A stretch of 32,696 nucleotides of DNA, taken from positions 83,637,443 to 83,670,138 of the forward strand of contig NC_068986.1 in NCBI RefSeq assembly GCF_001194135.2. The letters run 5' to 3'. The translations under genes were made by a program, and so were the position numbers. The DNA comes from Octopus bimaculoides. Taxonomy: Eukaryota. The notes beneath the pieces are model-generated. The model was not told where the DNA came from. It did no database searches and worked only from the letters and a program-made list of their open reading frames with translations. How positions within the stretch are numbered: position 1 is the stretch's first letter; each line of letters begins with the position of its first letter. Below are positions 11,486 through 21,679 of the stretch, one piece after another.

Positions 11486-11626
11486 TCCATCTGGCATGAA
11501 TCCTGCCTTACAGTACTAATCAAGTTCTGGAATTAATTTAATCGACAGCACTCCCACAAAAGAGTTTCTGGCTTTATGCCTATGTGAGAGATCATTATTA
11601 ACATTTACCAAAATTAGAAGCAGTTT

Positions 11627-12315
11627 GGATCTTTGTGAATTGACGGGCAACACTTGTTTTCTTAACGAAACACTTTCAAACTTGGGACACTGGTGGAATG
11701 TGTCATACAAAACAACTTCTTAACAAAAAAATGTACATCGCAAGTTATTTCATGTTAAAGTTGTCGTATTTCTGTAATTTCAACCAATCACTGACGTCTA
11801 TTCAGCTGAATACAGTCAGTACTGGCCGGTCATAAAAATGTTATTCCCTGTGACATATTTCATCGGGTTTAATCATAATTTATACGTATATATTGTTTAT
11901 ATAATAAATTACGCTGTACGTATCTGTGTGTGTATATTTTTCCCATAACCTCACTCATAACTCTAACCCTAAAACCCAAACCCTAATCCTAAACTAGAGT
12001 TTGATTTGAAGAAGATTTGGCTGCTATTTCTAGGAAATGAAGCACTTGGTGGAGGTGCATTAATAATTCTGGTAGCTCCAATAACAAGTGCAGGCACTAT
12101 TCAAGTATTTTGATGGCTTTTCCCCCTTAGTTGACGAACAGTCTAGTTAATCGGAAATGTCAGAACTAACGGGGATTAATACCATATACACCGTCACAGC
12201 AGTTACTGTATTCAACTGAATAGACGTCAGTAATTAGTTGAAATTATCGAAATAAGACAATTTTTTAACGTGAAATAACTTCGAATACAAAATTTTTTAT
12301 CTGTTCTATACCACA
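11627..12315. mobile_element. Long-TIR MITE copy 1 (same TIR family as 20092-20691); right end runs into a gap
   Basis: Starts ggatctt; 11627-11815 matches the reverse complement of 20490-20691, and 12215-12315 matches the reverse complement of ~20180-20290. The interior has degenerate TAACCC repeats (~11945-11995) and a family B fragment. Confidence 0.85.
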
Positions 12316-12770
12316 NNNNNNNNNNNNNNNNNNNNNNNNNNNNNNNNNNNNNNNNNNNNNNNNNNNNNNNNNNNNNNNNNNNNNNNNNNNNNNNNNNNNN
12401 NNNNNNNNNNNNNNNNNNNNNNNNNNNNNNNNNNNNNNNNNNNNNNNNNNNNNNNNNNNNNNNNNNNNNNNNNNNNNNNNNNNNNNNNNNNNNNNNNNNN
12501 NNNNNNNNNNNNNNNNNNNNNNNNNNNNNNNNNNNNNNNNNNNNNNNNNNNNNNNNNNNNNNNNNNNNNNNNNNNNNNNNNNNNNNNNNNNNNNNNNNNN
12601 NNNNNNNNNNNNNNNNNNNNNNNNNNNNNNNNNNNNNNNNNNNNNNNNNNNNNNNNNNNNNNNNNNNNNNNNNNNNNNNNNNNNNNNNNNNNNNNNNNNN
12701 NNNNNNNNNNNNNNNNNNNNNNNNNNNNNNNNNNNNNNNNNNNNNNNNNNNNNNNNNNNNNNNNNNNNNN

Positions 12771-12809
<39 letters not shown>

Positions 12810-12849
12810 TGGATAGGTATATCATATTGTATTATTACATTAGGTTATA

Positions 12850-13044
12850 AGGCGGTGAGCTGGCAGAATCGTTAGCACGCCGGGCGAAATGTTTAGCGGT
12901 ATTTCGTCCGTCTTTACGTTCTCAGTTCAAAATCGAACGGGGTCGACTTTGCCTTTCATCCTTTCGACGTCGATAAATTAAGTACCAGTGATCGACTTTC
13001 TCTCTTCCTGCCAGATTTCAGGCCTTGTGCTTTTAGTAGATAGG
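12850..13044 (+). mobile_element. SINE family A, tail type 1, 19-bp TSD
   Basis: Full head ggcggtgagctggcagaatcgttagcacg. TSD attattacattaggttata at 12831-12849 and 13045-13063. Confidence 0.95.
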
Positions 13045-13584
13045 ATTATTACATTAGGTTATATTTATTGTACTATATTATACGGTTCGAGGTCGAAGCT
13101 CTCATTCAGCGTTGGACAGTGTCTAATGGTATCAACTGCTAGTCAAGGCTACATTCACCAAGTGTATAAGTATTTTCTCTCTCCGCTCTTTCTTTTTCTC
13201 TCTCTCCTCACACGTACACATGCTTGCGCGTGCGCGCCCGTATACGCATGATGTATGTGTGTTTGACAAGCGACAGAATGAATGAGTAGCTAATTGGCGT
13301 TCGTGACCCTTAGTCATATTGTGTTGAGATACGAACTAAGTGTTCTTTACTCGGTTGATTGATTCTTTACCGACTTGAAAACTGTCTGCATGACTTTTTT
13401 CTCATGGTGGGGCGAAAGAACAGGTTGACCTAGACAGGCTTTGACAACCATATTATAACATTCCTGATTAAGTCGGCTTATCAAGTAGCAATGAATTATA
13501 ACGTGTATGTGTATGTTCGTATATGTCTGCATGTATGAATACGTATATGTAAATATAAGAGTAAGTACATGGCGGCGTGTGTGC

Positions 13585-13606
13585 TTCTGCATGTGTGTGT
13601 GTGTGA

Positions 13607-13637
<31 letters not shown>

Positions 13638-13660
13638 TGCGTGTGTGTGCGCGCGCGCGT
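13585..13660. repeat. (TG)n/(AG)n/(CG)n compound microsatellite
   Basis: Direct reading. Confidence 0.9.
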
Positions 13661-14205
13661 AATTAACAACACTGGTGAAAATAATAAATGCTCTCCTGAT
13701 TATGGATGGTAGTTTCATAAAATGGCTCAAGTTCATGAGAGTTTAGTAAAATAGTAACTAGGTTTAGTTTGGAATGAAGCTTATATAACGATCTTGAACA
13801 CTGGTTCCCAAAGTAGGTGGTGGAAAGATCCAATGGGGTGCGTTGAAGAAAAGTTGGACGATAACGGGGTGACCAAAAGAGGGCAATGGATATAAAACCC
13901 CCAAAATAATGAGTGAATTAGGTTAAGTTTTATTTGCGAAATGCAGTTGCACTGAAATCAATCATTTAACACGTTTATCGCACTTCCATATCCATTCGCG
14001 GTCGATAAAACAAAACACCAATCTAGCGCGGTAGATTGGAGGATTTGCAAGAACGTCGGCGTTTCTCATTGATTGCCAGAGAAACAGTAGATTAAATCGT
14101 TTATTATATTCAATTTCATAACTTTATGATAAAAGTTCAAATTGTGCCGGACAAATGTAGCTTTCTTCGGAAAATTTAATAGTAATAATAATAATAATAA
14201 TAATA

Positions 14206-14419
14206 ATCCTTTCTACGATAGGCACAAGGCCTGAAATTTCCGGGGAGAGGACTAGTCGACTAGATCTACTCCAGTATGCAACTGGTACTTAATTTATCGA
14301 CTCCGAAAGGATGAAAGGCAAAGTCGACCTCGGCGGAATTTGAACTCAGAACATAGCGACAGGCGAAATACCGCTAAGCATTTTACCCTGCGCGCTAACG
14401 ATTCTGCCAGCTCGCCGCC
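14206..14419 (-). mobile_element. SINE family A, full length, tail type 1
   Basis: Complete head, body and tail; 3' tail runs into (TAA)n at 14183-14207. Confidence 0.95.
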
Positions 14420-14434
14420 TTAATAATGAAAATT

Positions 14435-14616
14435 ATCCTTTCTGCTAAAGGCATAAGGCTTGAAACTTTGGGGCAGTGGACTAGTCGTTTACATCGACTC
14501 CGAAAAGATGAAAGGCAGAGTCAACCTCGGCGGAATTTGAACTCTGAACGTAGAGACGAATGAAATATTGCTAAGTATTTTGTTCGGCGTGCTAACGATT
14601 CTGCCAGCTCGTCGCC
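14435..14616 (-). mobile_element. SINE family A, tail type 1, internal deletion between the two atcgac repeats
   Basis: Directly tandem to the previous copy. It lacks the cagt...ggtacttaattt segment that lies between the two atcgac motifs in the full copy. Confidence 0.93.
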
Positions 14617-14648
14617 TTAATAATAACAACAACAACAACAACAACAAC

Positions 14649-14702
<54 letters not shown>
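14617..14702. repeat. (AAC)n(AAT)n microsatellite
   Basis: Direct reading. Confidence 0.97.
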
Positions 14703-14907
14703 CTTACAAATATATACAACATACAGAAAATTGCACTACTGGGTACTGCACACACTCTACGCAAAACACTTTCAATACAGTAAACATAAGAGCACCACAG
14801 CAAACCACAGCACATACCCAAGGCGCACAGAGCTGCGCTCGGTAGTGAAGTGAAAGCACGTTATAAAAATAAAACTACTGAACAATAATAATAATAATAA
14901 TAATAAT
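14703..14907 (+). mobile_element. 5'-truncated 3' end of an RLE-type non-LTR retrotransposon (Dong/R4-like) inside (TAA)n
   Basis: Encodes NIQKIALLGTAHTLRKTLSIQ* (stop 14781-14783), like the conserved QK..LLGTA.ILR..L C-terminus of R4/Dong ORFs. It is followed by a ~100-nt 3' UTR and (AAT)n, and preceded by (AAT)n. Confidence 0.82.
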
Positions 14908-14909
14908 AG

Positions 14910-15119
14910 TCTCAAATTTTGCCACAAGAGCAACAGTTTTGTGGGAGGGAGTATAGTCGGTTACATCGACCCAGTACTTGACTGGTACTTAATTTATCGT
15001 CCTCAAAAGGATGAAAGCTAAAGTCGACTTCGGCGGAATTTGAACTCAGAACATAAAGACGGACGAAATATTGCTAAGCATTTTGATCGGCGTGCTAACG
15101 ATTCTACCAGCCCGTCAGC
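14910..15119 (-). mobile_element. SINE family A, tail type 2
   Basis: Head, body and tail align with the other copies; flanked by TAA repeats on both sides. Confidence 0.9.
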
Positions 15120-15120
15120 T

Positions 15121-15203
15121 TAATAATAGCAGCAGCAGCAGTAGTAGCAATAGTAGTAGTAGTAGTAATGATAATGATGATGATGATGATGATTGATGAT
15201 GAT
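15121..15203. repeat. Compound trinucleotide tract (TAA)(AGC)(AGT)(ATG)
   Basis: Direct reading. Confidence 0.9.
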
Positions 15204-15329
15204 TTGTACGGGTTCCTGGCAGAATAAAGGCTCTCGTAAAGCAATCATCTGACTCGTCCTGTTCTTTGCATCACCCTATTTTTCCCTGCGAGGAAGACAG
15301 ATAGAGAAGACTTGATCTTAGCACTGCGA

Positions 15330-15460
15330 TTGTACATTATTTATCGACCTTGAACGAATGAAAAAGCAAGCTTAACCTGATCTCATAAAACATTTAATTG
15401 GAACGAATGCCATAAGACATACAGTCAGATGCTCTAACAACTCAACCAATTCACTGCAAT
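15330..15460 (-). mobile_element. Highly degenerate SINE family A
   Basis: tttatcgaccttgaacgaatgaaaaagcaagcttaacc...gatgctctaacaactcaaccaattcactgc traces the minus-strand SINE pattern. Confidence 0.45.
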
Positions 15461-16193
15461 GTCTATTATTTCTTCTTATTTTTTAATACTGGAATAGGAA
15501 GAAAGCATAGCAAGAAAATATTGCTATCTCACTTAACTAAGTCAATTATGTTGAATAAAATTTTAGTATTAACATATTCTAGCAAGCTAGAAATAATTGT
15601 GAACTAAAGAGATATCCCTCCAGGACACACATGTAATTAATCAGTGGCTATATATATATATACATACATACATACATACATACATACATNNNNNNNNNNN
15701 NNNNNNNNNNNNNNNNNNNNNNNNNNNNNNNNNNNNNNNNNNNNNNNNNNNNNNNNNNNNNNNNNNNNNNNNNNNNNNNNNNNNNNNNNNNNNNNNNNNN
15801 NNNNNNNNNNNNNNNNNNNNNNNNNNNNNNNNNNNNNNNNNNNNNNNNNNNNNNNNNNNNNNNNNNNNNNNNNNNNNNNNNNNNNNNNNNNNNNNNNNNN
15901 NNNNNNNNNNNNNNNNNNNNNNNNNNNNNNNNTATATATATATATATTTATGTTTTCAGCAAGTACACCAGACACGTTCAAGCATGATTGGGTTTTAACA
16001 CTGATTTCATCGGTGAAGTAAAGCCTTCACCGTACTTGGTGATGAAAGAATCACTAAATAAAGGTACCAGATTTGTTCATTGGTTGTCGTAAGAAAACAG
16101 AATTGTTTAGACCATAAATTATTCAAAGACACAATCCGCATTAAATAATTCTAGTTGGCTTTTTAATAGTCATTGGATTCTTTTAAAACAAAG

Positions 16194-16423
16194 GTAAAGA
16201 CAGACGAAAATGCCTCTTAGCATTTTTCTCTCTACGCCGGGCAAAATGCTTAGAGGTATTTTCGTCCGTCTTTACACTCTGAGTTCAAACCCCTTAGAAG
16301 TCGACTTTGCCTTTCATTCTTTCGGAGTCGATAAAATAAGTGCCAGTTGAATACTGGAGTCGATGTAATCGACTAACTCTCTTACCCAAAATTTCAGGTC
16401 TTGTGCCTATTGTAAGAAGGATT
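16194..16423 (+). mobile_element. SINE family A, 5'-truncated, tail type 1, with a 33-bp inverted duplication at its 5' end
   Basis: 16194-16226 is the reverse complement of 16243-16275 (30/33). Possible degenerate TSD ggattcttttaaaaca (16175-16190) / ggattaatttaaaata (16419-16434). Confidence 0.9.
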
Positions 16424-16575
16424 AATTTAAAATAGGGCTCTTAGAATTTTTTTTTTATCGCTCCCTTCATGGAATCCTTGATATCTAAAATAATGAAACT
16501 AATACTGATAATTATAAACAATAATTACAATATCACTGAGAGGGAAAATATTACATAAACAATGTAGGTAATATT

Positions 16576-16725
16576 GGTTTCAAATTCTGGCACAAGGCTT
16601 CGGAGTAGAGGTACTTATTTTATCGACTCCGAAAGGATGAAAGGCAAAGTCGACCTCGGCGGAATTTGAACTCAGAATGTAAAAACTGACGATATGTTGC
16701 TCAGCATTTTAACCGGCGTGCTAAT
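16576..16725 (-). mobile_element. SINE family A, tail type 2, 5'-truncated with internal deletion, 15-bp TSD
   Basis: TSD aatgtaggtaatatt (16561-16575) / aatgtaagtaatatt (16726-16740), one mismatch. Confidence 0.92.
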
Positions 16726-17057
16726 AATGTAAGTAATATTAAATACATAAAAATTAAATTTATTGAATTAGCTGGCATTAATAGGAAGGGTATGTATGAT
16801 GTGTCTTAGCAAGACTATTGATATTTGATTGAAAAAACATGGTAGTTTATTTGTAATCTACATGTTCTAACGGGTTCAGTCATGTCATCGTTTTTGTTAC
16901 AACTGAATTTGAATAGCTGAAACCAACTTCGATCATTTACGAACTTGGAAATGTAAAGAAGAATTGTTCAACCTCTACACTACGCTTGAAGTATTTGGTG
17001 ACGTTATTTACAATACGTCATATGTAAACAAACTTCCGTTTGTTTTTGAAGCGCTGA

Positions 17058-17336
17058 AATGTATTGTAGTACAAGTAGAAAGGTATATTTTTTTCAACGC
17101 GTAAATACTGATAGAACAGTATACATGGGATAATATCCCTTACAGAGCAGAAAAATCTGTCAGCAATCAATACATGGGATAATATCCCTTAGAGAGCAGA
17201 AAAATATGTCAGCAACCAGTCATGGCTGGTTGCTGACATATTTTTCTGCTCTGTAAGGGATATTATCCCATGTATACTGTTCTGTCAGTATTTACGCGTT
17301 GAAAAAAATATATCTTTCTGCTTGTATTATTTACAT
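17058..17336. repeat. ~280-bp foldback palindrome (arms ~110 bp, 6-nt loop) with a 49-bp tandem duplication in the left arm
   Basis: 17226-17336 is the near-perfect reverse complement of the left arm. The loop is tcatgg (17220-17225). Duplicated units are 17121-17169 and 17170-17218. Confidence 0.95.
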
Positions 17337-17728
17337 TGTTGCAATAGTCACTGGGAGTCCTATTTTTAAGCATTGATTTAGCGTGAAAATTAACATACAT
17401 ATCAACAAATTCATCTTGCTAGTTTTAGTATCTGCGTTCTCTGTTTACAAACCAAACAGCGTAATAATTTAGTCAAGTACATGCATTTTTTTTCCCAAGT
17501 CTTAAGTCTTAAGTCTTCCCTTAATATTTCATTGTTTTATATACCACTCTAGGTCACGGTCTAAAGTGTTTTCAGATCTTTTCTGTTTAGCTGCGCCTGT
17601 GGAAATTTAATATTAGTCAATGACTAGGCACAGGAAACAACTCCAGTCATGCTTTAGTTTATTTTTATCATTGTCTTCGTCGTACATATCGAAGTAATGA
17701 TGAGAAATTTTGTGCATTTTCCAAATTT

Positions 17729-17732
<4 letters not shown>

Positions 17733-17779
<47 letters not shown>

Positions 17780-17808
17780 GAAAAAGAAGAAGAAGAAGAA
17801 GAAGAAGA
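17733..17808. repeat. (AAG)n microsatellite
   Basis: Direct reading. Confidence 0.97.
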
Positions 17809-18594
17809 AAACACGGATCTCTTCTGTTTGGTTGTCACTTTTCAATTTCTTAAATTTTTGTTCCAATAAATTTCATATTTGATGTACTGGTGTAGTTTTG
17901 TAAAATAGCCATTGACATGAAATTCATTTTCGCCATAAATCAATAAATAAAAAGTTAATAGCTTTTAAAGTTTGTAAATTCTGAGTAATTTTAGCCAGTT
18001 GAAAGCCACAGAGATATAGGTGCCATAGTAACAAGCCAAGCTGTTACCAAGCTGTTACCAAGCTACTTACCACGTGTTCTTTTTGTCGCTTATTAAATGC
18101 TTAAAACACATGGGGTGTGTGGTGTGCTAAAAATAACAGCTAAATAGGCCTTAAATCACGTACGATTTTTTCCCCCTCACAATCGTATAAATTTCCGTGT
18201 GCAGAATACAAATTCGCAAAAATTTTCCGAAAATTCCCCCAAATAAAACAAAGTTATGAGGAGTTATATGGCGTGCGTAAAGCAGAATTCCGCCAATATT
18301 TCATTTGTTTACAGTTGACAACATGTGCTGTCCTGCACACAAGGACAGCTTCCAAATCATGTTTTCTAACTGAGTAAAAATAATCAAACTTTAAATCCCT
18401 GTAACTTAAAAAAAAATATATATATTCTGGAAAAAGAGACTCAGTGAGGAAAATTACATCAATACACCAAATTTTAAAATTTTCACTAAACTTTAAAATT
18501 TCCACAGGCGCAACCAAACAGAAAAGATCCATTTTGTCTCCAAAAATGATGAGATGGTCATGTCTGGAATCACTTTCTCTAATATGTATTACTA

Positions 18595-18670
18595 GTATTT
18601 AAGACAGTAGAATGTGATTTGAGAAAGATTCAGTTGCTATATATAGCGTGTCGAGTCCTCTGTTGACTGA
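18595..18670 (+). mobile_element. Family B repeat fragment
   Basis: aagacagtagaatgtgatttgagaaagattcagttgctatatatagc.tgtcgagt matches the family B core. Confidence 0.6.
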
Positions 18671-19718
18671 AACTATTTTTGAGTGATTTTACTGTGTAAT
18701 GAAAAATTTTCAATCCAGACAGACTTCATAAAGGAACAGAATTAAGTACTACTATTATAAAATAACTCTTTTGTTATGATTCTCAAAGGAGAGATGTAAT
18801 AAATAAAACTAAAAGGCGCCGTCTTACTGAAACTGTCTCACTGACCTTTCTATAACCTAAAATTCACCTAGATATTTCTCGTTGAAGGGGTCTGTCTCCT
18901 TAGTTCACCGATAAGTAGAGGTGTCTTACTGTGTAACTGGAGGTGGTGGAAGAGACAGGTTCAAGGAGAAGGTAAAGCGGTATCTAAGAGCAAAGGATTT
19001 AATTATACCGTTTACAGTAAATTCTAATTTGGATTGCAATTTTTATGTTTGTCGGTGTAGGAAGAGTAAATAGATAGTGAGCTTGGTGTAACAGTGAGTG
19101 GATACATGGTGTAAATGGATCTCAGTCAATTTCGACGATGAGCAATCGGCAGTTCAATCAATAGAACGGGCTACTCATTGGATTTACGCGAAAGAGATTA
19201 AGTATTCCACAGACTTCTATATCTTTAACGTAAATCTCAGGAATAGTCCGCGTGGTGATGTACGTCAAGACTGTCCCCTTGAATTCCCGATAAAATCCAT
19301 CCGACGGGTTTCCGGACAGTTTCCTTCAACCCGGTTTTATTCAAAAGGTTTTGCTAGATCGAAAATAATAATAATTAAAACACACACACACACAAAGAAG
19401 CTTGTCCAAGATACGCAGCAGTACAGCTGAAAGAGGAATCTCCTGATTGTAAGATGAACTTGAATAACATTATAGAATAGTTGGAAGTGAATTATTTGTA
19501 TTCTTATTTTTACATTCTGATTGGGCGGTGAATCTGCAAAATCGATTCTCCTTTTCATCCCTCCAGGGTTCATAAAATAATTACCACTCAGTTATTAAGG
19601 CCAGTTTAACTGAATGTTCTCTCCTTCAAAATCTTTGTGGCCTTGTACTCAAGAGTTAACACTCAACTTCCCTCTACAGACATATTTTCTGAGTGCAATT
19701 AATACCGTAGAATAAAAG

Positions 19719-20071
19719 TGTAGCAGATTCGAAACCGAGTCGCTGTATAGCCGAATAAGCATCACGGCTTAGTCATAGTCAGTTCACGTGATCGGCTGAT
19801 TAACGAACTTATCAGTATCGAGCCATCACGTGATTCAACCTTCAAGAATTTTCTAACAAGGCTTATAAATAGGCGAAGTTTTGGCGCAAATTTCAGAATT
19901 TTGAGGTTGCTGCGGTGACAACTCCATTCTCATTTACCAGCCGTTTTCAGATACAGAATACTGAACTGTTGTTTTAACAACTCCATACTCATGTTCCATT
20001 CTCCAGCCGAGCAGACAGAAGGTACAAATTTATCGTCATGGATTTAGCACGATATTTCTCCAGTTGTGACA
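19719..20071 (+). promoter_or_regulatory. Candidate core promoter or unclassified solo LTR
   Basis: TATAAATA at 19864-19871, two CACGTG at 19785 and 19827, TGT...ACA ends, internal direct repeat caactccat.ctcat. No TSD and no AATAAA downstream of the TATA. Confidence 0.3.
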
Positions 20072-20091
20072 GCGTAGTTAGTCACAGACCT

Positions 20092-20691
20092 GGATCTTGT
20101 TCAAAACGGGGCCACATTTTTCATTAATGTTTTACGTAGTGTTTTTGGTACCGAAAGACTTTCAAACTTCGTATACTTATCTATTTTGTGTTATAGAACA
20201 GAAAAATATTTTTGTATTCGAATTTATTTCATGTAAAAAATTGTCTTATTTCGATAATTTCAACCAATCACTGACAAATATTCAGTTGTTTACATTTACT
20301 CCTTTGGCTGATTAAGCCATAGCTTCGTTTTATTTGCTTTTTTCATTTTAAATTTGTTTTTTTCATTTTCTTTTTTTTTCTTCGTTTTATTTGCTTTTTT
20401 CTTTTTAAATTTGCTGTTTTACCCTAACCCTAACCCTATCACCGATAGAATTGTTTCAGAATCGTTTGTTTATGTAGTCGGCACTTAATGTATATCGGCT
20501 GAATGGACGTCAGTGATTGGTTGAAATTACAGAAATACGACAACTTTAACGTGGAATAACTTAGGGATTTCTTTTTTTTTTAAGAAGACTAAGAGAAAAA
20601 GATGTTTTATATGACACATTCTACCAGTGTTCCAAGTTTCAAAGTGTTTCGTTAATGAAAAATGTGGCCCCCCCCGTTTTAAAAAAGATCC
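20092..20691. mobile_element. 600-bp non-autonomous DNA transposon (MITE) with ~200-bp imperfect TIRs and an 8-bp TSD
   Basis: Ends GGATC...GATCC. TSD acagacct at 20084-20091 and 20692-20699. TIR blocks ggggccacatttttcattaa and aatttcaaccaatcactgac. Interior contains ccctaaccctaaccct. GG termini with an 8-bp TSD fit Merlin or Mutator; hAT is not excluded. Confidence 0.92.
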
Positions 20692-20863
20692 ACAGACCTA
20701 TTCGTAGCAGCTATTTTGTCATAAACTACAGAGTTTGTCTCTCCCAGTGTGTGTAAGTAGTTGTTTCTATTCTTCATTCAAGGATCAAACACAGTAAGTA
20801 CTATGCTCAGTAAATAAAATTTCTGTTAATTGTTCGTGCGTGTTGTTTATCATTCATACCCAG

Positions 20864-20897
20864 ACAATAACCAAAAAACACCTCACATACGACAAAG
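20864..20897 (+). CDS. Candidate 34-nt internal exon
   Basis: Strong acceptor (ttgtttatcattcatacccag) and donor (aag|gtaagc). A gtaagt donor at 20794 would give a 70-nt upstream intron. Open in two frames (TITKKHLTYDK or NNQKTPHIRQ). No homology recognised. Confidence 0.25.
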
Positions 20898-21094
20898 GTA
20901 AGCTCTCGCTAAGCTGAGATCGGAACTTGATTTCGATTCCAGCCTGTAGCATCGGCATTTCACTTTCGTTGCTAATTTCTCTGAAGAACATAATTTCTTC
21001 GGTTCTATTGAGATGAGGTCCATGTGTCCACCGGAGAAATCAGAAGTGATTTCTAAAATTGGCGTAAGCGAGCAACTTTCTTAGGGTCTTTTTT

Positions 21095-21440
21095 TTTACA
21101 GACCTCGAATAGATGAGTCTACCTAAGTACAATTTGAACTCAGAACAAAGAAAGAGGAGGGTAAAAATTGAAAGGCATTTAGTAGTGTGACTATCTACTA
21201 CTCTCGGGAGAAATAAATATTGCACAGGACATAAGGCCAATACTTGATACTATACGTATTTTATCGAACCCGGTAGGCGGTATGAAGAGCATAATTGAGT
21301 TAAAAGGAAGAAGAATAGAACCCAGTGCTAGACTTGAGTTTTAACTGTATCTGTACACGGAATGTTGACCTCAGTAGGATTTTGAACTCACGGGCAAAAG
21401 CTGGAATAAACACCACCGTGAAGTCAATTGAATTTTATAA
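21095..21440 (-). mobile_element. Two very degenerate SINE A-like fragments
   Basis: aatttgaactcagaac and ttgacctcagtaggattttgaactca match the reverse-complement B-box region of SINE A. Confidence 0.4.
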
Positions 21441-21594
21441 CTACTCCACTCATTCGAAACCTTATGAACACGTATTCAAAGAAAGAAAGAAAAATAGAGC
21501 AGAAAGTCCAAATAAAAAAAATGTAAATATATTTTTACATTCAGGAAGGTACAAACAAATAGCCTGGAAAACCACTAAAGTAAAAGACTATGTG

Positions 21595-21665
21595 AGGACA
21601 CTATATAGTCACTCGACTTGCTGGAAATAGATATCAGATCTCTTTCAAATAAACCCTACTGCACC
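21595..21665 (-). mobile_element. Family B repeat fragment at the truncation point of the LINE ORF1
   Basis: The reverse complement gtagggtttatttgaaagagatctgatatctatttccagcaagtcgagtgac matches the family B core. Confidence 0.65.
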
Positions 21666-21679
21666 TACTACACAGGTTT

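Noticed and set aside
11945-11995. TAACCC repeats as a telomere or chromosome-fusion scar (also 20421-20438)
   Set aside because: They are short, degenerate and internal to a TIR element.
12850-13044. SINE heads as genuine tRNA genes
   Set aside because: They are multi-copy, have TSDs and unrelated 3' tails, and show no complete cloverleaf.
13797-13850. cactggttcccaaagt resembling an hAT TIR
   Set aside because: No matching opposite TIR or TSD was found.
14018-14039. 8-bp-stem hairpin ccaatcta/tagattgg
   Set aside because: It is too short to distinguish from chance and has no supporting context.
14489-14821. Poly-Leu and poly-Asn ORFs
   Set aside because: They are translations of the AAT/AAC microsatellite; only the short IQKIALLGTAH segment is real and belongs to a LINE.
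17860-18545. AT-rich stretch resembling a Tc1/mariner-type MITE
   Set aside because: No TIR pair or TA TSD could be defined by eye.
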